A stretch of 52,649 nt of DNA, counting the filler, from Squatina squatina (lineage: Eukaryota), in assembly GCA_031763465.1 (NCBI GenBank). It is 3 parts of 3 records of this genome, joined end to end, with 100 filler letters (N's around TTAATTAATTAA, not from the genome) between each part and the next. Parts side by side here need not be neighbours in the genome. Positions count along the whole stretch, not along the records: positions 21,490 to 37,727 come from JARFOE010000073.1; positions 37,828 to 52,649 come from JARFOE010000080.1; 1 more part is not named here. One strand, given 5' to 3'. Under the pieces are notes generated by a model. The model was not told the origin of the DNA. It did no database searches and was given only the letters and a program-made list of their open reading frames with translations. Shown one piece after another: positions 36,801 through 48,955 of this stretch (positions within the stretch are counted from its first letter, which is position 1; every line of letters starts with the position of its first letter). The position numbers were made by a program, and so were the translations under genes.

Positions 36801-37080
36801 TACGTTATCTAGTGGTCCCACTGCGATAGGACGAAACGCACTACATAAGCGGTTGAGTGTCAGTCGCTGCTGGGGTTTGGACCTGAACTGTAGTCGTGGG
36901 GAGTGAAACTCCTGTCACTACAGTGCTGAGCCAGTTAAATTAACTCCACGTTAAGTTTTCATCAAATGCTTTTTAATCAATTATTTTGGCCACCTTCACC
37001 TCGTTACAGAAACTACGCTGCACAAGTTTTAGCTGCTGATACTACAACACTTTGGAGGCAAGAAAATGGGGACAATGTAG

Positions 37081-37189
37081 GGGGCCGAATTTCTGGGCGG
37101 GGATTCTCCTGGACTCCTGCCGTGCCGGCGTTTCCGCCAAAGTTACACCGGGAGAACCCCCACCCCGCCTCCCATGGAAATTCGACCCC
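37081..37189. mobile_element. 109-bp MITE (Harbinger-like TIR)
   Basis: GGGGCCGAATTTC...GAAATTCGACCCC inverted ends (12/13), with GTAG directly repeated on both flanks. Confidence 0.75.
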
Positions 37190-37727
37190 GTAGAGCTTCG
37201 CTGCTGTGCTGTACATCACAGTGGCGAGGGTCGGAAGAAACAAAAATTATAACATGGACAATTATGAGCATCTCCATTCATTGTTAAAGAACATGTAGCT
37301 CTAACAATCATAAGACTGCAGCATATCCAAAATAATATAAAAATAATTTAATTTTCACTTTAAAATTAGAATATAAATGTTGTTGCTTTACGTGTTTTCT
37401 TACCAGAAAGGGTCATGTGGTGATAAGTAGTGTAACAGGCCACACCGAAAGGAAGGAGACAAATGGACTCATTGCTGAGAGGTGGAACTGCACATTATAA
37501 GAGGTGTGTGATTACAGGGGAGGTAAACTTTGGTAACTATGAGAATGTGTATATCTGTATAAGTTAGAATGGATAAATAGTATTTTCTCATGTTATTCAT
37601 TTATTAAAGCATGCCAAAATTTGCTATATATTTAATATTTACAGTAATTGTACGCTACTTTGTCCTGTATTTCTCTTTTACTGAAACAAAGAAGTACTTT
37701 GTAACTATTCTGAAACACAGAAGTTCT

Positions 37728-37827
37728 NNNNNNNNNNNNNNNNNNNNNNNNNNNNNNNNNNNNNNNNNNNNTTAATTAATTAANNNNNNNNNNNNNNNNN
37801 NNNNNNNNNNNNNNNNNNNNNNNNNNN
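37728..37827. other. Artificial scaffold linker N44-TTAATTAATTAA-N44
   Basis: Same structure as 21390-21489. Confidence 0.97.
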
Positions 37828-38120
37828 GCAACGACAGTTGAAACCTGTCGTTGCCAATGCCAGTGGCAGCGCGGGTCAGCACGGCTCCAATTCTGGAGTC
37901 AGCTCACCTACAGCGCACAGGGATTCACAAGCCGGCAGTGGAGGGGTCGGCGCGCAATCTTATGATGTCGCGTGTCCGACCCCGACGCCAACGGCGTCCC
38001 CGGCAATGATGCGCCACCAATACTGAAAGTGAGCAAGTTCTCATTTTACGCTGCATTCATGCCGGGGAAGTGCCGCTAATCGGTGCTACCCAGGCATGAA
38101 GGCACACCAAATGAGGCCCC
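37828..38120. mobile_element. GC-rich MITE half, same family as 9150-9715
   Basis: Reverse-complement similarity to 9150-9290. Ends AAATGAGGCCCC followed by TAA. Confidence 0.55.
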
Positions 38121-38369
38121 TAAGAATGCAAGTTAAATTTGATAGAAAATAGTAATATTAAAGTAAAAATAAAAGTGTGAGAGAGAGAACGGAAAGAATA
38201 GAGAACGGAAAGGGGGAGAAACACTAGAATGAATATTGTTATTACAGTCATAAGACTGCCCAACTGTCCAGCTTAGGCTGATTATTGTAATAGTATTAAA
38301 CTTTAAAATAATATTTAAAATAAAATTTTTAAAGAAAAAAAGTTCAACACTTTCAGAATCACAGTGAAT

Positions 38370-38780
38370 GAGATTGGGCTTATTTTCCTTAGAGCAGAGG
38401 AGGTAATGGGGAAATTTAACATAGCTTTTCAAAATTATGAGGGTTTTTCATAGAGTAAATGAGGAGAAATTGTTTCCACTCGTGAGAGTATCGGTAACAG
38501 GAGGAAACAGATTGAAGATAATTAGCAAAAGAATCAGAGGGGGAATGAGCAGAATGTTTTTTACGCAGCGAACTGTTATGATCTGGAATGCACTGCCTGA
38601 AAGGGCGGTCGAAGCAGATTCAACAGTAACTTTCAAAAGAGAATTGGATTTATGCTTGAAAAGGAAAAATATTGCAGGGCTACAGGGAAAGAGCAGAGAG
38701 TGGGATTAATTTGATAGCTCTTTCAAAAAACCGGCACAGGCAGGATAGGCTGAATGGCCTCCATCTGTATTGGTTCTATG
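38370..38780 (+). mobile_element. CR1 LINE 3' end
   Basis: LFSLEQRR...FFTQRTVMIWNALPERAVEADSTVTFKRELD, followed by 3' UTR ...GGCTGAATGGCCTCC...TTCTATG. Confidence 0.92.
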
Positions 38781-40208
38781 AGCTCCCAGCTTAAAAATAT
38801 ATGTGACTGGCCTGGACAGTTGGAAATTTCCTCGGACATGCCTAGGATTAAATAAGATCATGGTACAATGGTCCCTGAATGGTCACCTCCCACTGCAATT
38901 GGAGCTTAGAAACATTAGCAATATCAACAATTTTGTCAAAGGCTCAGCTTTAGGCAGACAGATGGGAATAGTACGTAAAACCTTCACTGCTCTTCAAAGA
39001 AGAGGCAAGAAATGCATAAACAGAAAAAGTGATATTCGGTTAAAGAAACAAGGCAGCAGACAACATTGAAAACCAGTAAATTGAAGATTTATTCTTACTA
39101 TTTTAAAGAATTTCTTTATTTGGCTAAACAACTTAATTTTGAATTTACATCCAGCCACCTTATTCAAATATGTTAATATTACTGAACTATGAAGAAGCTT
39201 GTCTATGGTTCATAAATGTCTTCTTAGTTACCTTTATCTACTACTGCTGTTGCTGCTATTTATTGAGCTTTAACCTCAGTGCCTTCAATGCATACTTTCC
39301 TTGAGGTGTGTAACATCACTGATTGACTACTTCTAGTGTTGGAATAGCAGATACATTTGAAAACTAGTTAGTGCTCAAGTACTGTGAGGTATAATATGTC
39401 GGCTGTTAGCACAAGAGTGAGGGGAAATACAGCGCTCTCACAGGATAATCAACCTTTTCCTCAGCAGTTTCCCCTCTACTTGTCCTTTGAAGTTCTTGAT
39501 TTTTTTTCTCTGTACACGTCGATAAATGCAAATGCAGCAGGAAAAGTAAATAGGGGAATGATGAGAGTGCGATGACAATTTGCTAGACAGTAAAGAAAAA
39601 CAGCCCATTAGCAAGTCCTAGTGACTGAATGAGACCAGGATNNNNNNNNNNGGATGTCACACCACTTGGTGGGTGTAAATTGCTATGCTTTCTGAGATTC
39701 TGGAAACAGAAGGCAGCTATTTTGAAATTGTGCTAGAAAAAACAAGAAGCCACAACTTACTTATTCATTTAGTTATTTTACCAATATCTGTGCTATGTCC
39801 AGCTTGGATTTTCTTTGTGGGTTCACTGCAGATCCAAGAACATTGTAGGTTCTCGTTACAGCTTCTGTTTAGCAAGACTGAAATATTCCAAATATAAACA
39901 TAATTCAAAGCAAGGAACAGGGAATACATGTTATGCATTTGCAATATGACAGAAAAATTGGCCATTGAGTAGAGTTCCTAAAATTAGGTGTGTTGACTTC
40001 TGCACACAATTCTTTGACCAACTCTCCCACTCAGAAAGGTTACTTGCTCGGCGCAGGCTCACAATATTTACCTGATATGTGCTGTGGATTCACAAGCACT
40101 AAGATTTTNNNNNNNNNNNNNNNNNNNNNNNNNNNNNNNNNNNNNNNNNNNNNNNNNNNNNNNNNNNNNNNNNNNNNNNNNNNNNNNNNNNNNNNNNNNN
40201 NNNNNNNN

Positions 40209-40690
40209 GGTGTAGGGCGTCATTGTCTGCACAAATGTAGCCATCAAGGCACCCCTACATCACCCAATAGTGTTTGTGAACTGCAAGGGCTTCCATTCCC
40301 TCAATGTGCAGCTCATCTGCAACCATAAAAAAGTCATCATGGAGGTGTGCGTCAGATGCCCTGGCAGCTGTCACGACTCTTTTGTCCTGTGCCAGTCCAC
40401 CCTCCCTCAGCTCTTCGCACCTCAAACAAACTTGGAGACAAGGGTTATCCATTGAAGATGTGCCTGATGACATCCTTGAGGAGACCAAGCAATGAGGCTG
40501 AGGAGCACTATAATGAAAGTCACATGCCCACCAGATGTGTCATAGAGCAAGCAATCAGCATGCTGAAGATGTGCTTCAGATGACTTGACAGATTTGGAGG
40601 AACCCTTCAGTATGCACCAGCCAAAGTCTCGAGAATAATCATCATTGTATGCTGCGTGTTGCACAACATAGCACAGCAATGAAGATTGGA
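40209..40690 (+). mobile_element. Degenerate PIF/Harbinger (HARBI1-like) DDE transposase
   Basis: Reads [14 protein letters not shown]...[14 protein letters not shown]...[10 protein letters not shown], frameshift, [11 protein letters not shown]...[46 protein letters not shown]. Contains stops and a frameshift. Confidence 0.93.
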
Positions 40691-41937
40691 GCTGCAGCAA
40701 GAGCAAGGCGCAGAGCGCACAGTCTCTTTGGAGTAGGAGGGACCTGAGGTATAAATGGCATCAGCAGCGACACACATTTGTGCCTGGGAGGTCAGGTGTG
40801 GTCTCATAATGGCCCATTTAACTTAACTTGCACCAGTGCAACCATATGGCTCCCAGATGCTGTACTAAATCCCCACTCCCCCTGCTCCAAACCTGCCACA
40901 AAGCAGTCCTAANNNNNNNNNNNNNNNNNNNNNNNNNNNNNNNNNNNNNNNNNNNNNNNNNNNNNNNNNNNNNNNNNNNNNNNNNNNNNNNNNNNNNNNN
41001 NNNNNNNNNNNNTGAGGGCCAGTGTGGCCTTGAGGCCTACTGTCATCACCCTGCTCTGAGGCTGCAGGTCTGTTTGCTGGAGGTGGTAGAATTCTGTAGC
41101 ACTGCTCCTAGCTTAGATATAGGTATAATGCTCTCTGAAGACCCTAGGAGGGTAAAGCCTCCTGCTGAGAGCTCTCCTGCCCCTCCTCTTCCCTCTATGA
41201 GCATCTTGTCCTCTTCTTTGCTGCCTCCGCTCATCTCCGTCATACTCGAGCACAAAGGGGACTGCAAGTAGTGCCCCCATGACTGTGAGCAAATGGTCTG
41301 ACCTGAGCCCTTTAAATGAGAATCAAGGCGTTCTCCACTTGCAGCAACACTCCTTGTCACCTCAGAAACTTTAAATTACTTTAAAAAGTTCCAAGCATTT
41401 GCACAGATTTACGCAGAGCCAGTAGAACAAGTAAAAGCAAGTCAGCTGCAAGTTGTTGATGATCCCTTTAAATAACGCTGGTGGGAGGTCCTTTCTGCTC
41501 CTGACTGCATGGTCATCTGGTCGTCATTAGGAGACGGCATTAAATGGAGCGGTGACATCGAAAATGGTAAATCGTGCGTCAAAACAGCATTGCACACTCA
41601 TTGATGTCACGAACTGCCTCATCTAAATATCTGCAGTGAACACAGGCAATGGCACCAGCGCTGACCTGCCCAAAATGGCGGCTGCCGCTGGACCCGCCAG
41701 AAGCAGGAGGCTGCTATTTCTTCTTCCAAACTGGCCATAACGATTGGCACTAAAGGCTCCAAATCCGCAGTCACGGAATCTCTAATCCTGTGCATTTAGA
41801 GATTGACAGTTGCTCAACGAGTGGAGAAAAAACAAAAAACATTAGTTTTGATTGAAGCATTGTTATAGAAAAATCTCTCAACCATTGAATGCAGTCTACT
41901 CCTCTCTTGATTCAAATTATTGGAAGATTCAATGGAA

Positions 41938-42064
41938 TAAATTTTCATCTTCACCCTGGGCGATAATCTGACCGAACAGTTTGCCTGCCAGTGTATGGAA
42001 TGACAAGCTGGCGGATTCGTCAATAGGCAGATTACTGCCCAGGTGATGAAGGCAAACATTTACC
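41938..42064. mobile_element. Palindromic mini-MITE
   Basis: TTTTCATCTTCACCCTGGGCGATAATCTG pairs imperfectly with CAGATTACTGCCCAGGTGATGAAGGCAAA. Confidence 0.65.
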
Positions 42065-45000
42065 ACAATTTTGCTTTAAGCACTAAATTCCAACCTTGCT
42101 GTGTCATTTGTCTTGCTTAAATCAAATTATTGGACCATTCGACTTATTGTAACGCACAAAGAAAAATTGGAATCATCAGTAGACTGTAATAAAGAAGGGA
42201 GGTTTTTTTTTTAGCTTGATTAGCTGTTTGATTTGTCTGTAATCAGTTCATTCCAACTGTCTTATGTTTGAAAGTTAGATTTTTTTGCAACTATCTATTT
42301 GCCTACAAAAATTTGATAGGCACAGACTGTGGACTGATTTTAATAAACTCATTTCAATCTTTAAATACAATCTAAAAATACTTTTTCTATTTTAAAAAGA
42401 GTGAAATTAAAGTCCAACGCCTGAAGTTTTTTTCTGGTGACTTCTCTCTTGAAGATTTATATGTTGGTCAGAAGCTGCCATCCACAACTAATTATTAAAC
42501 AGACACTGTTCTTCCATCTGCTAGATCTGCATATCATTACTGATAACCTTCAGCCATGAAAAGTCACACCGCACTTAGATTGCAGACCAATGATAACACA
42601 AGCAAGGCTTCAACAACCAACCTATAAACATGTTGATAAGAAGGCTTTATATCTCAACAACCAAAGTGATCAAATCTGGGGCACTATTCTTATCCTTGAA
42701 TCAAATAAAAGAACATGATGCTTGGTTACTTTGTGCTAAATCCCTACATTACAACAAAAGTACTTCATTGGCTGTAAAGTGCTTTGGGACATCCTGAGGT
42801 CATGAAAGGCACTATATAAAAATACAAGTTCTTTCTTCCTCCTAAGCCTCAAACAGTTTGAGTTTTCTACAAGTTGCACCAAATTTAATTAAAGATAAAA
42901 TGACACCTCTCTGGCCTCATGCTCTTCATATTTCTGTTGCACTGGGATTACGGCATTTGACTTGGGCTATTATGTTGTTACCGGTGTGAAATTAGGTTCT
43001 GACTAAAACTGAAGTAGACGCTGTGATGCACCTTTTTACAAGAGCACTGTTNNNNNNNNNNNNNNNNNNNNNNNNNNNNNNNNNNNNNNNNNNNNNNNNN
43101 NNNNNNNNNNNNNNNNNNNNNNNNNNNNNNNNNNNNNNNNNNNNNNNNNNNGTTTCATAAGCCATGAAACTACCCAAATCAAATTAATTAACCCTTTGAT
43201 TGATGGAGCGATTGTCTAGTTGCTAAGAAACTACAATTATTCGCAGTTGCCCAAGATCATGCAGATGGCCTGACTGGGCCACTTCAGAGACTGTCTTAAC
43301 AGGAAACAATTGCACATCTCAAAGACTAATGTCTCTTTCATTAGATCCTTAATAATGATAGTCACTCAGAAGTAAATATATGTTGCACCAGCATAGCAGT
43401 AAACAGCAACACCCAGTAACATCATGGTTTTGCTGCATTTCTATTTCAAATCTCCTGCTGAAGTGTTGTGTATAATTTTGATTATTTCACTGAAATTCCC
43501 TGCTACTGTAACTGCACATTCTGAACATAGCATAACACTTCCATCATAGAACACCACAAGGACATGTTTCCTTATGTGGTACAACACCATCGAGTGGGCA
43601 AATATTTGCATTACCATGCCATCCTTACAGAGCTGCTAGTAATTGATGCAATGGTGACATTAATATTCATTTCAGTATAGATAGCCTGCCCTGCCCTTGG
43701 TTATGAGATGGTATGTGAAAATAAAAAAAGGATTGTGTTTACAGAACAGCAACCTCAGTCCCATAAAGCAAAAAGTTTCCTTTGCAGAACTATATGTTCC
43801 CTGATAGTGAATCATTGACCATTAATAGGTTGCTGATCACGAGGTTTGAACCAATTCATTAAAGCAATTCTTTATTGTCCAATGTCTAATCGTGGTTAGT
43901 TTCTCTCATTATCTATTTACTAATTAGGTAAATGGAGAGTTGATTAGACATAGATGCAAAAGTCCATGCATGAGCTGCTCTACTAGTTCCCATTCAATAT
44001 TAGTATATGAATGTGTGGTATAAAGTGAAACCAGAAGCCTGCCCCTGCCTTCCCCTGCTGTTCAGTTGCATGACATCAAACAGTCGAATTGTCTGTAATT
44101 TTCCACACCAAGTATTAAAATATACAACTTGCATTCAAACATTTTAATCAAACTTGCAGTTTTCTTTGCAAGTAGAAAACTGACGTGATCAGATTGGCTG
44201 CCCGCTTTACGCAGCGCTTGATATTCAGTTACATTGACAGCATCTGGAGAGGGCAACAAAGTTACAGCATTGAGAAAGAAAAACTAATTCATAACAGCAG
44301 AAATACACAATAAGCATTGCAGTCTCCTAGTATGCCATTATAATCCATTTGTAAGGCCCCATACCTTCTGGGTTTCCACAAAATCCGGACCTCGTGTTCT
44401 CTCAAGATATGGTTTCACTGATCATCAAAACCACATCGAAAAAAAATATTGCTGGGATAGATTTGGGCTATTGTCCCACAATTGCCCACAAAGCAGCAGG
44501 TTTCGGTCCTGCTTTCACCAGTGTAAGGGTAAATATGAGCCNNNNNNNNNNNNNNNNNNNNNNNNNNNNNNNNNNNNNNNNNNNNNNNNNNNNNNNNNNN
44601 NNNNNNNNNNNNNNNNNNNNNNNNNNNNNNNNNNNNNNNNNCATTCTCGGATTCGTTCCAAAGCTCCCAGTTGCGATCTGCAACCACAGCGCGTCAGTTG
44701 TGTGGCAGACGGCCGGAATGCACGCGTTAATTCTTTGAATAAATATATGACTGCAGCACTGGTAACTGGCCAGACTTAACCAAGCATTTGGGCACTCTAC
44801 TCCACATGTGCCACTTTCCCGGCAGACCCTCCGCACCAGCGGCTCAATTGGATCACAAAGCTGGCGAGATCCAAGCGGATTCCAGATGTTTAGCCAGCTC
44901 CACTGTTATTTACATGCGCCGCTTGTCCGCACTTTATCACTGCGCAAAATCACCAGCACCGTTCTCCGCCCAGACCGCTCAGCCACAATACATTCGGAAG

Positions 45001-45170
45001 CAACGTGTTTCCCTGCACATTACCACATATTCCAAACAACAGTTCTTGAGGAATCCCGGTGCAGACTTGCCACCAACAAACATCCGTCGCCATGCCAACA
45101 GCAAGATTCTCCAACTCTCTAATCTCCAATAGTGCCAATCAACAATAAAATAAAAAGTCAACGCTCTTAC

Positions 45171-46013
45171 CTTGCAGTCATCGATGCAACTTTTCACGGA
45201 GTACTCTCCCGATGGCAAATACTTCTGAAACAAGCTCTGGAACTCCTCGTATTTCTCCTGGGCGTGCTGGTCCAACCTTTNNNNNNNNNNNNNNNNNNNN
45301 NNNNNNNNNNNNNNNNNNNNNNNNNNNNNNNNNNNNNNNNNNNNNNNNNNNNNNNNNNNNNNNNNNNNNNNNNNNNNNNNCAACCTTTGATAAGTCTCAA
45401 CACATCGAACGCAAACCGTGGCATCTCCATCCATCACCAGGCTCAGGTTGCAATTCGAGCCCTCTGGTGTAGACATCCCGGCAAACAGTTCGGAAAGGGT
45501 GTAAGATTCACAAAAGGAAAGGTGAAAATTGCTGAAAGACAGCGGCGAGGATCCATCGCTCGCTTTCACACTCACGCTTCCACAGACAGCCTCAGCATCT
45601 TCAACACTAACACACTGGTCAGAGAGACAATGTGGGTGACACCTTTCTATTTGCCAGATAGGCCTGGTAGTAGTATTACCTGTAAAAATAGCATGTTTGC
45701 CACTGCTGATGGTGTTCCTTGGCTCTTCAGGTCTGAGGGATACGGAGGAAAGTAAATAATTCGCTGCCGTTGGGTCCTCGCCCATGTCTGCCAAGGTGCC
45801 CTGCTCCTGGTCTCTGTTCCTGGTCAGATTCGCTTCTGCACACAGCCACAAGTGATCAGATAGCAGGACCGTGAAAAACAAGAGAGATGCTAAAGACAGT
45901 CGCCATTTCTGGGCCCGTTCTGAATCCGTGCAGGGCTTGTCGTTCTGTCGGGGGACATACCAGATTTTTAATCCGTCATCTTGCTGCCGACACATCCAAG
46001 CGCCCTTGGTCAT
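45171..46013 (-). CDS. NALF1: NALCN auxiliary factor (NALF1/FAM155A-like; NALF2/FAM155B not excluded), first coding exon
   Basis: Translates [18 protein letters not shown]...[27 protein letters not shown]...LSFCESYTL...HAQEKYEEF...[12 protein letters not shown], then donor AAG|GTAAGA. The internal gap is spurious (8-nt overlap), giving 735 nt = 245 codons. Family assignment is secure; paralog is not. Confidence 0.88.
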
Positions 46014-47776
46014 ATTGTGGTAAAGTGCAGCTCCGACCGACTCCACAATGAGTGCGCCTTTCCCCCAATATACATTGGCCGGGGTTGTCTTTCTGGTTCT
46101 GTTTGATTGTTATTCTCTTGGACGTTTTCCTCAGGTTGGATCTGGCTCTCCCTCTCAGCAAATGGTCAACTGTTGCCATCCAATCCGTGGAAGCAAGCAG
46201 ATGAAAGCATGCACCGTCATATCAGACTTATCCATGACTCTCTGGAGGAAAACCTACTTCTCGGTGACAACATGCTCCTGACGAGGATGAGCTCCTCTCT
46301 ATGCTCTCTCCTCTCTGCAAGATTCAGATCACATNNNNNNNNNNNNNNNNNNNNNNNNNNNNNNNNNNNNNNNNNNNNNNNNNNNNNNNNNNNNNNNNNN
46401 NNNNNNNNNNNNNNNNNNNNNNNNNNNNNNNNNNAATAGCCTCCGTTAGCAAAAAACACTCATACATGAACAAAACTGTGACAGCTTCTCCTGTCAACTT
46501 AAATGGATGAGGAAATATTTGCAAACAATTTTAGCAATTTTATATACAATTATTTCCTTTCCCAGGGAGAATATGTCATACCAACTGCACTTGCATCAGA
46601 GATACATAATTTAATATTATAACCTTAAAGCAGACAGGCCTGCAGGCAGGTGCACCTTTTCTACTCAACACATCAGAAGGCATTCTTCATTTTGTACTGT
46701 ATTTTCAGCTCTATGGAGACCAGCTCCTCTCCCGAGACCCAGCAGTGAGATAGGGTTATCGGACAGCCGGTGTGCATCCTCAAGCAGCTCCATTGATTTT
46801 AATGGAAGCTGATGCATTGGGCCAGCCTGGAGGGGTCTAACGTTAGAAAACCATTACTTGCTGAGAATGCAACAGTGCCCAAACTAGTGACTTTTTCCAG
46901 TTTAGGCCCCTCCAGGCTGTTCTTTTGCCAGCTTCGTTTACAATCAACATAGTCACTCTAGGATGCATGTAGGTCTCTCGATAACCTATATCAGAGTGGC
47001 TCAAGAAAGGAACAGAGACTCAAAATAAGATTTCCATGAATCTCATAATACAATTTAAAAAATGAGAGTTACTCAATAGGCAAGAGATGCTGTGAAGGAT
47101 TCTTCTACAAATTTCCGGCCTGAAATGGATAGTCTTGGGGTGCAGAATCAAGGAAAATAGGGCAGAAGGCATTCCACTGAATTAGCACTTCTAAAATTGG
47201 CCTCTGACATATTCCTTCACCACCACTGCTGACCATAACAGCAACCCATAGTCGACCCCTCAACATGCAAATGACATGGAGGGGGCAAAGTCTACAACTG
47301 AAGGAAATGCCAGAAGAAAAGAGGTGGTAAGGGGAATGTGGTAGTGGGAGGAAGGGATTCGTGGCTACCAGGTAGGAGATTGTCTTCCTTGAGTCTTCTT
47401 CATATTGTCTCTCCTGACGATAGTACAGTTTGTTCTCCTTTTTATATAGTTTTGAGGCTTAGTCTTATGGCTGCTGACTACCATAAAAGAGGCCTCTTCT
47501 TCTTCTCTCATCGTTCTTTGTGTTGCACTGTTGCAAACTTTTCTGTTCTCTGCCTGTTTTCTGTTTTTCACTAGCAGACCCGTGACTTCTACCACCTAGA
47601 AGGACAAGGGCAGCAAGCACGTGGGAGTACCGCCACCTTCAAGTTCCCCTCCAAGTCACACACCAGCCTGACTTGGNNNNNNNNNNNNNNNNNNNNNNNN
47701 NNNNNNNNNNNNNNNNNNNNNNNNNNNNNNNNNNNNNNNNNNNNNNNNNNNNNNNNNNNNNNNNNNNNNNNNNNNN

Positions 47777-48100
47777 GTGTTGCATTGTTCGTGGTGCTAT
47801 CTTTCAGATGAGCTGTTAAACCAAGGCTCCATCTCCTGTTCCAGCAGTTCAGGTGTAAGATATGCAGATCCCACTGCATTATTCAAAGAGCAAGGAGCTC
47901 TCTCAATGTCCAGACTAATGATCTTCCCTCAAGCATCACCAAAAGCAGATTAGCTGATCACTGAATACATTTCAGTTTGTGGGTCATTGCTGTGCATCTA
48001 CCTACACAATTTCAAAATAATTTGCTGAATGTAAAGTGCTTTGAGGTGTTTCTAAGAGATGTGATAAGGTACTGTATAAATAAATAAAAGTTCTTTCTTT
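47777..48100 (+). mobile_element. DeuSINE body and tail
   Basis: GGTGCTATCTTTCAGATGAGCTGTTAAACCAAGGC Deu-domain-like core and ...TGTAAAGTGCTTTGAG...AAGTTCTTTCTTT tail. Confidence 0.7.
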
Positions 48101-48569
48101 AAATTCTGATTGACCTCAATGTGTTTCCTTGCAGGAATTAAACTTCATGGCCTTAAAGGATCACGCCATCTTAAACACAACATCCTGGCAGCAGAACAGT
48201 ACATTCACTTTGCATTACATGTGGAGATAACTTTATTTATTTTAAATTATGTGCTCTTGTTCAGGAATGGGGCTTGAACCCACAACATTTCTGTCTCAGA
48301 GGCAAGAGCTAAGGCTGATAAGAAAGGAAGAGGGTTGTAGCTAACTTGTTGAAAGTTACATCCCTGGGGCTGAAATGAGCACATCACAGCAATGTTTCCA
48401 TATAGCAAACTGCTACTAGGTCAAAAGAGATTGACTGTTTTTATATTATCAAACAAAATGTAAACTTGAACAGGAACAATTACATATTAAATTGAGTTTT
48501 ATAGCACTGAAACAGGACAATCGGCTCAACAGGTCTATGCCGATGTTTATGCTCCACACAAACACGAGA

Positions 48570-48955
48570 TCATAAGAAACAGGAGCAGGCCATTTGGCCC
48601 CTCGAGCCTACTCCGCCATTCAATAAGATCATGGCTGATCTTCGACCTCAACTCCACCTTCCCGCACAATCCCCATATCCCTCGATCCCCTTAATATCCA
48701 AAAACCTATTCATCGTTGTCTTGAATATATTCAATGACTGAGCATCCACAGCCCTTGGGGTAGAGAATTCCAAAGATTCACAACCTTTTAAGTGGAGAAA
48801 TTTCCCATCTCAGTCCTGAATGTCCAACTCCTTATTCTGAGACTGTGACCCCTCTCGTTCTCGACTCCCCAGCATCTACCCTGTCAAGCCCCTTAAGAAT
48901 TTTATATGGTTCGATGAGATCACCTCACATTCCTCTAAACTCTAGAGAATAGAGA
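48570..48955 (-). mobile_element. CR1 LINE 3' end
   Basis: LYSLEFRGM motif at the gap edge and a typical CR1 3' UTR complement (GGCCATTTGGCCCCTCGAGCC...ATCATGGCTGATC). Confidence 0.85.

Noticed and set aside
40209-40690. Domesticated HARBI1 gene
   Set aside because: Stops, a frameshift and loss of the first catalytic Asp indicate a dead transposon copy.
44979-46046. 355-aa ORF as the full NALF protein
   Set aside because: It starts at an upstream GTG, includes a false gap, and reads past the donor at 45170 into the intron.
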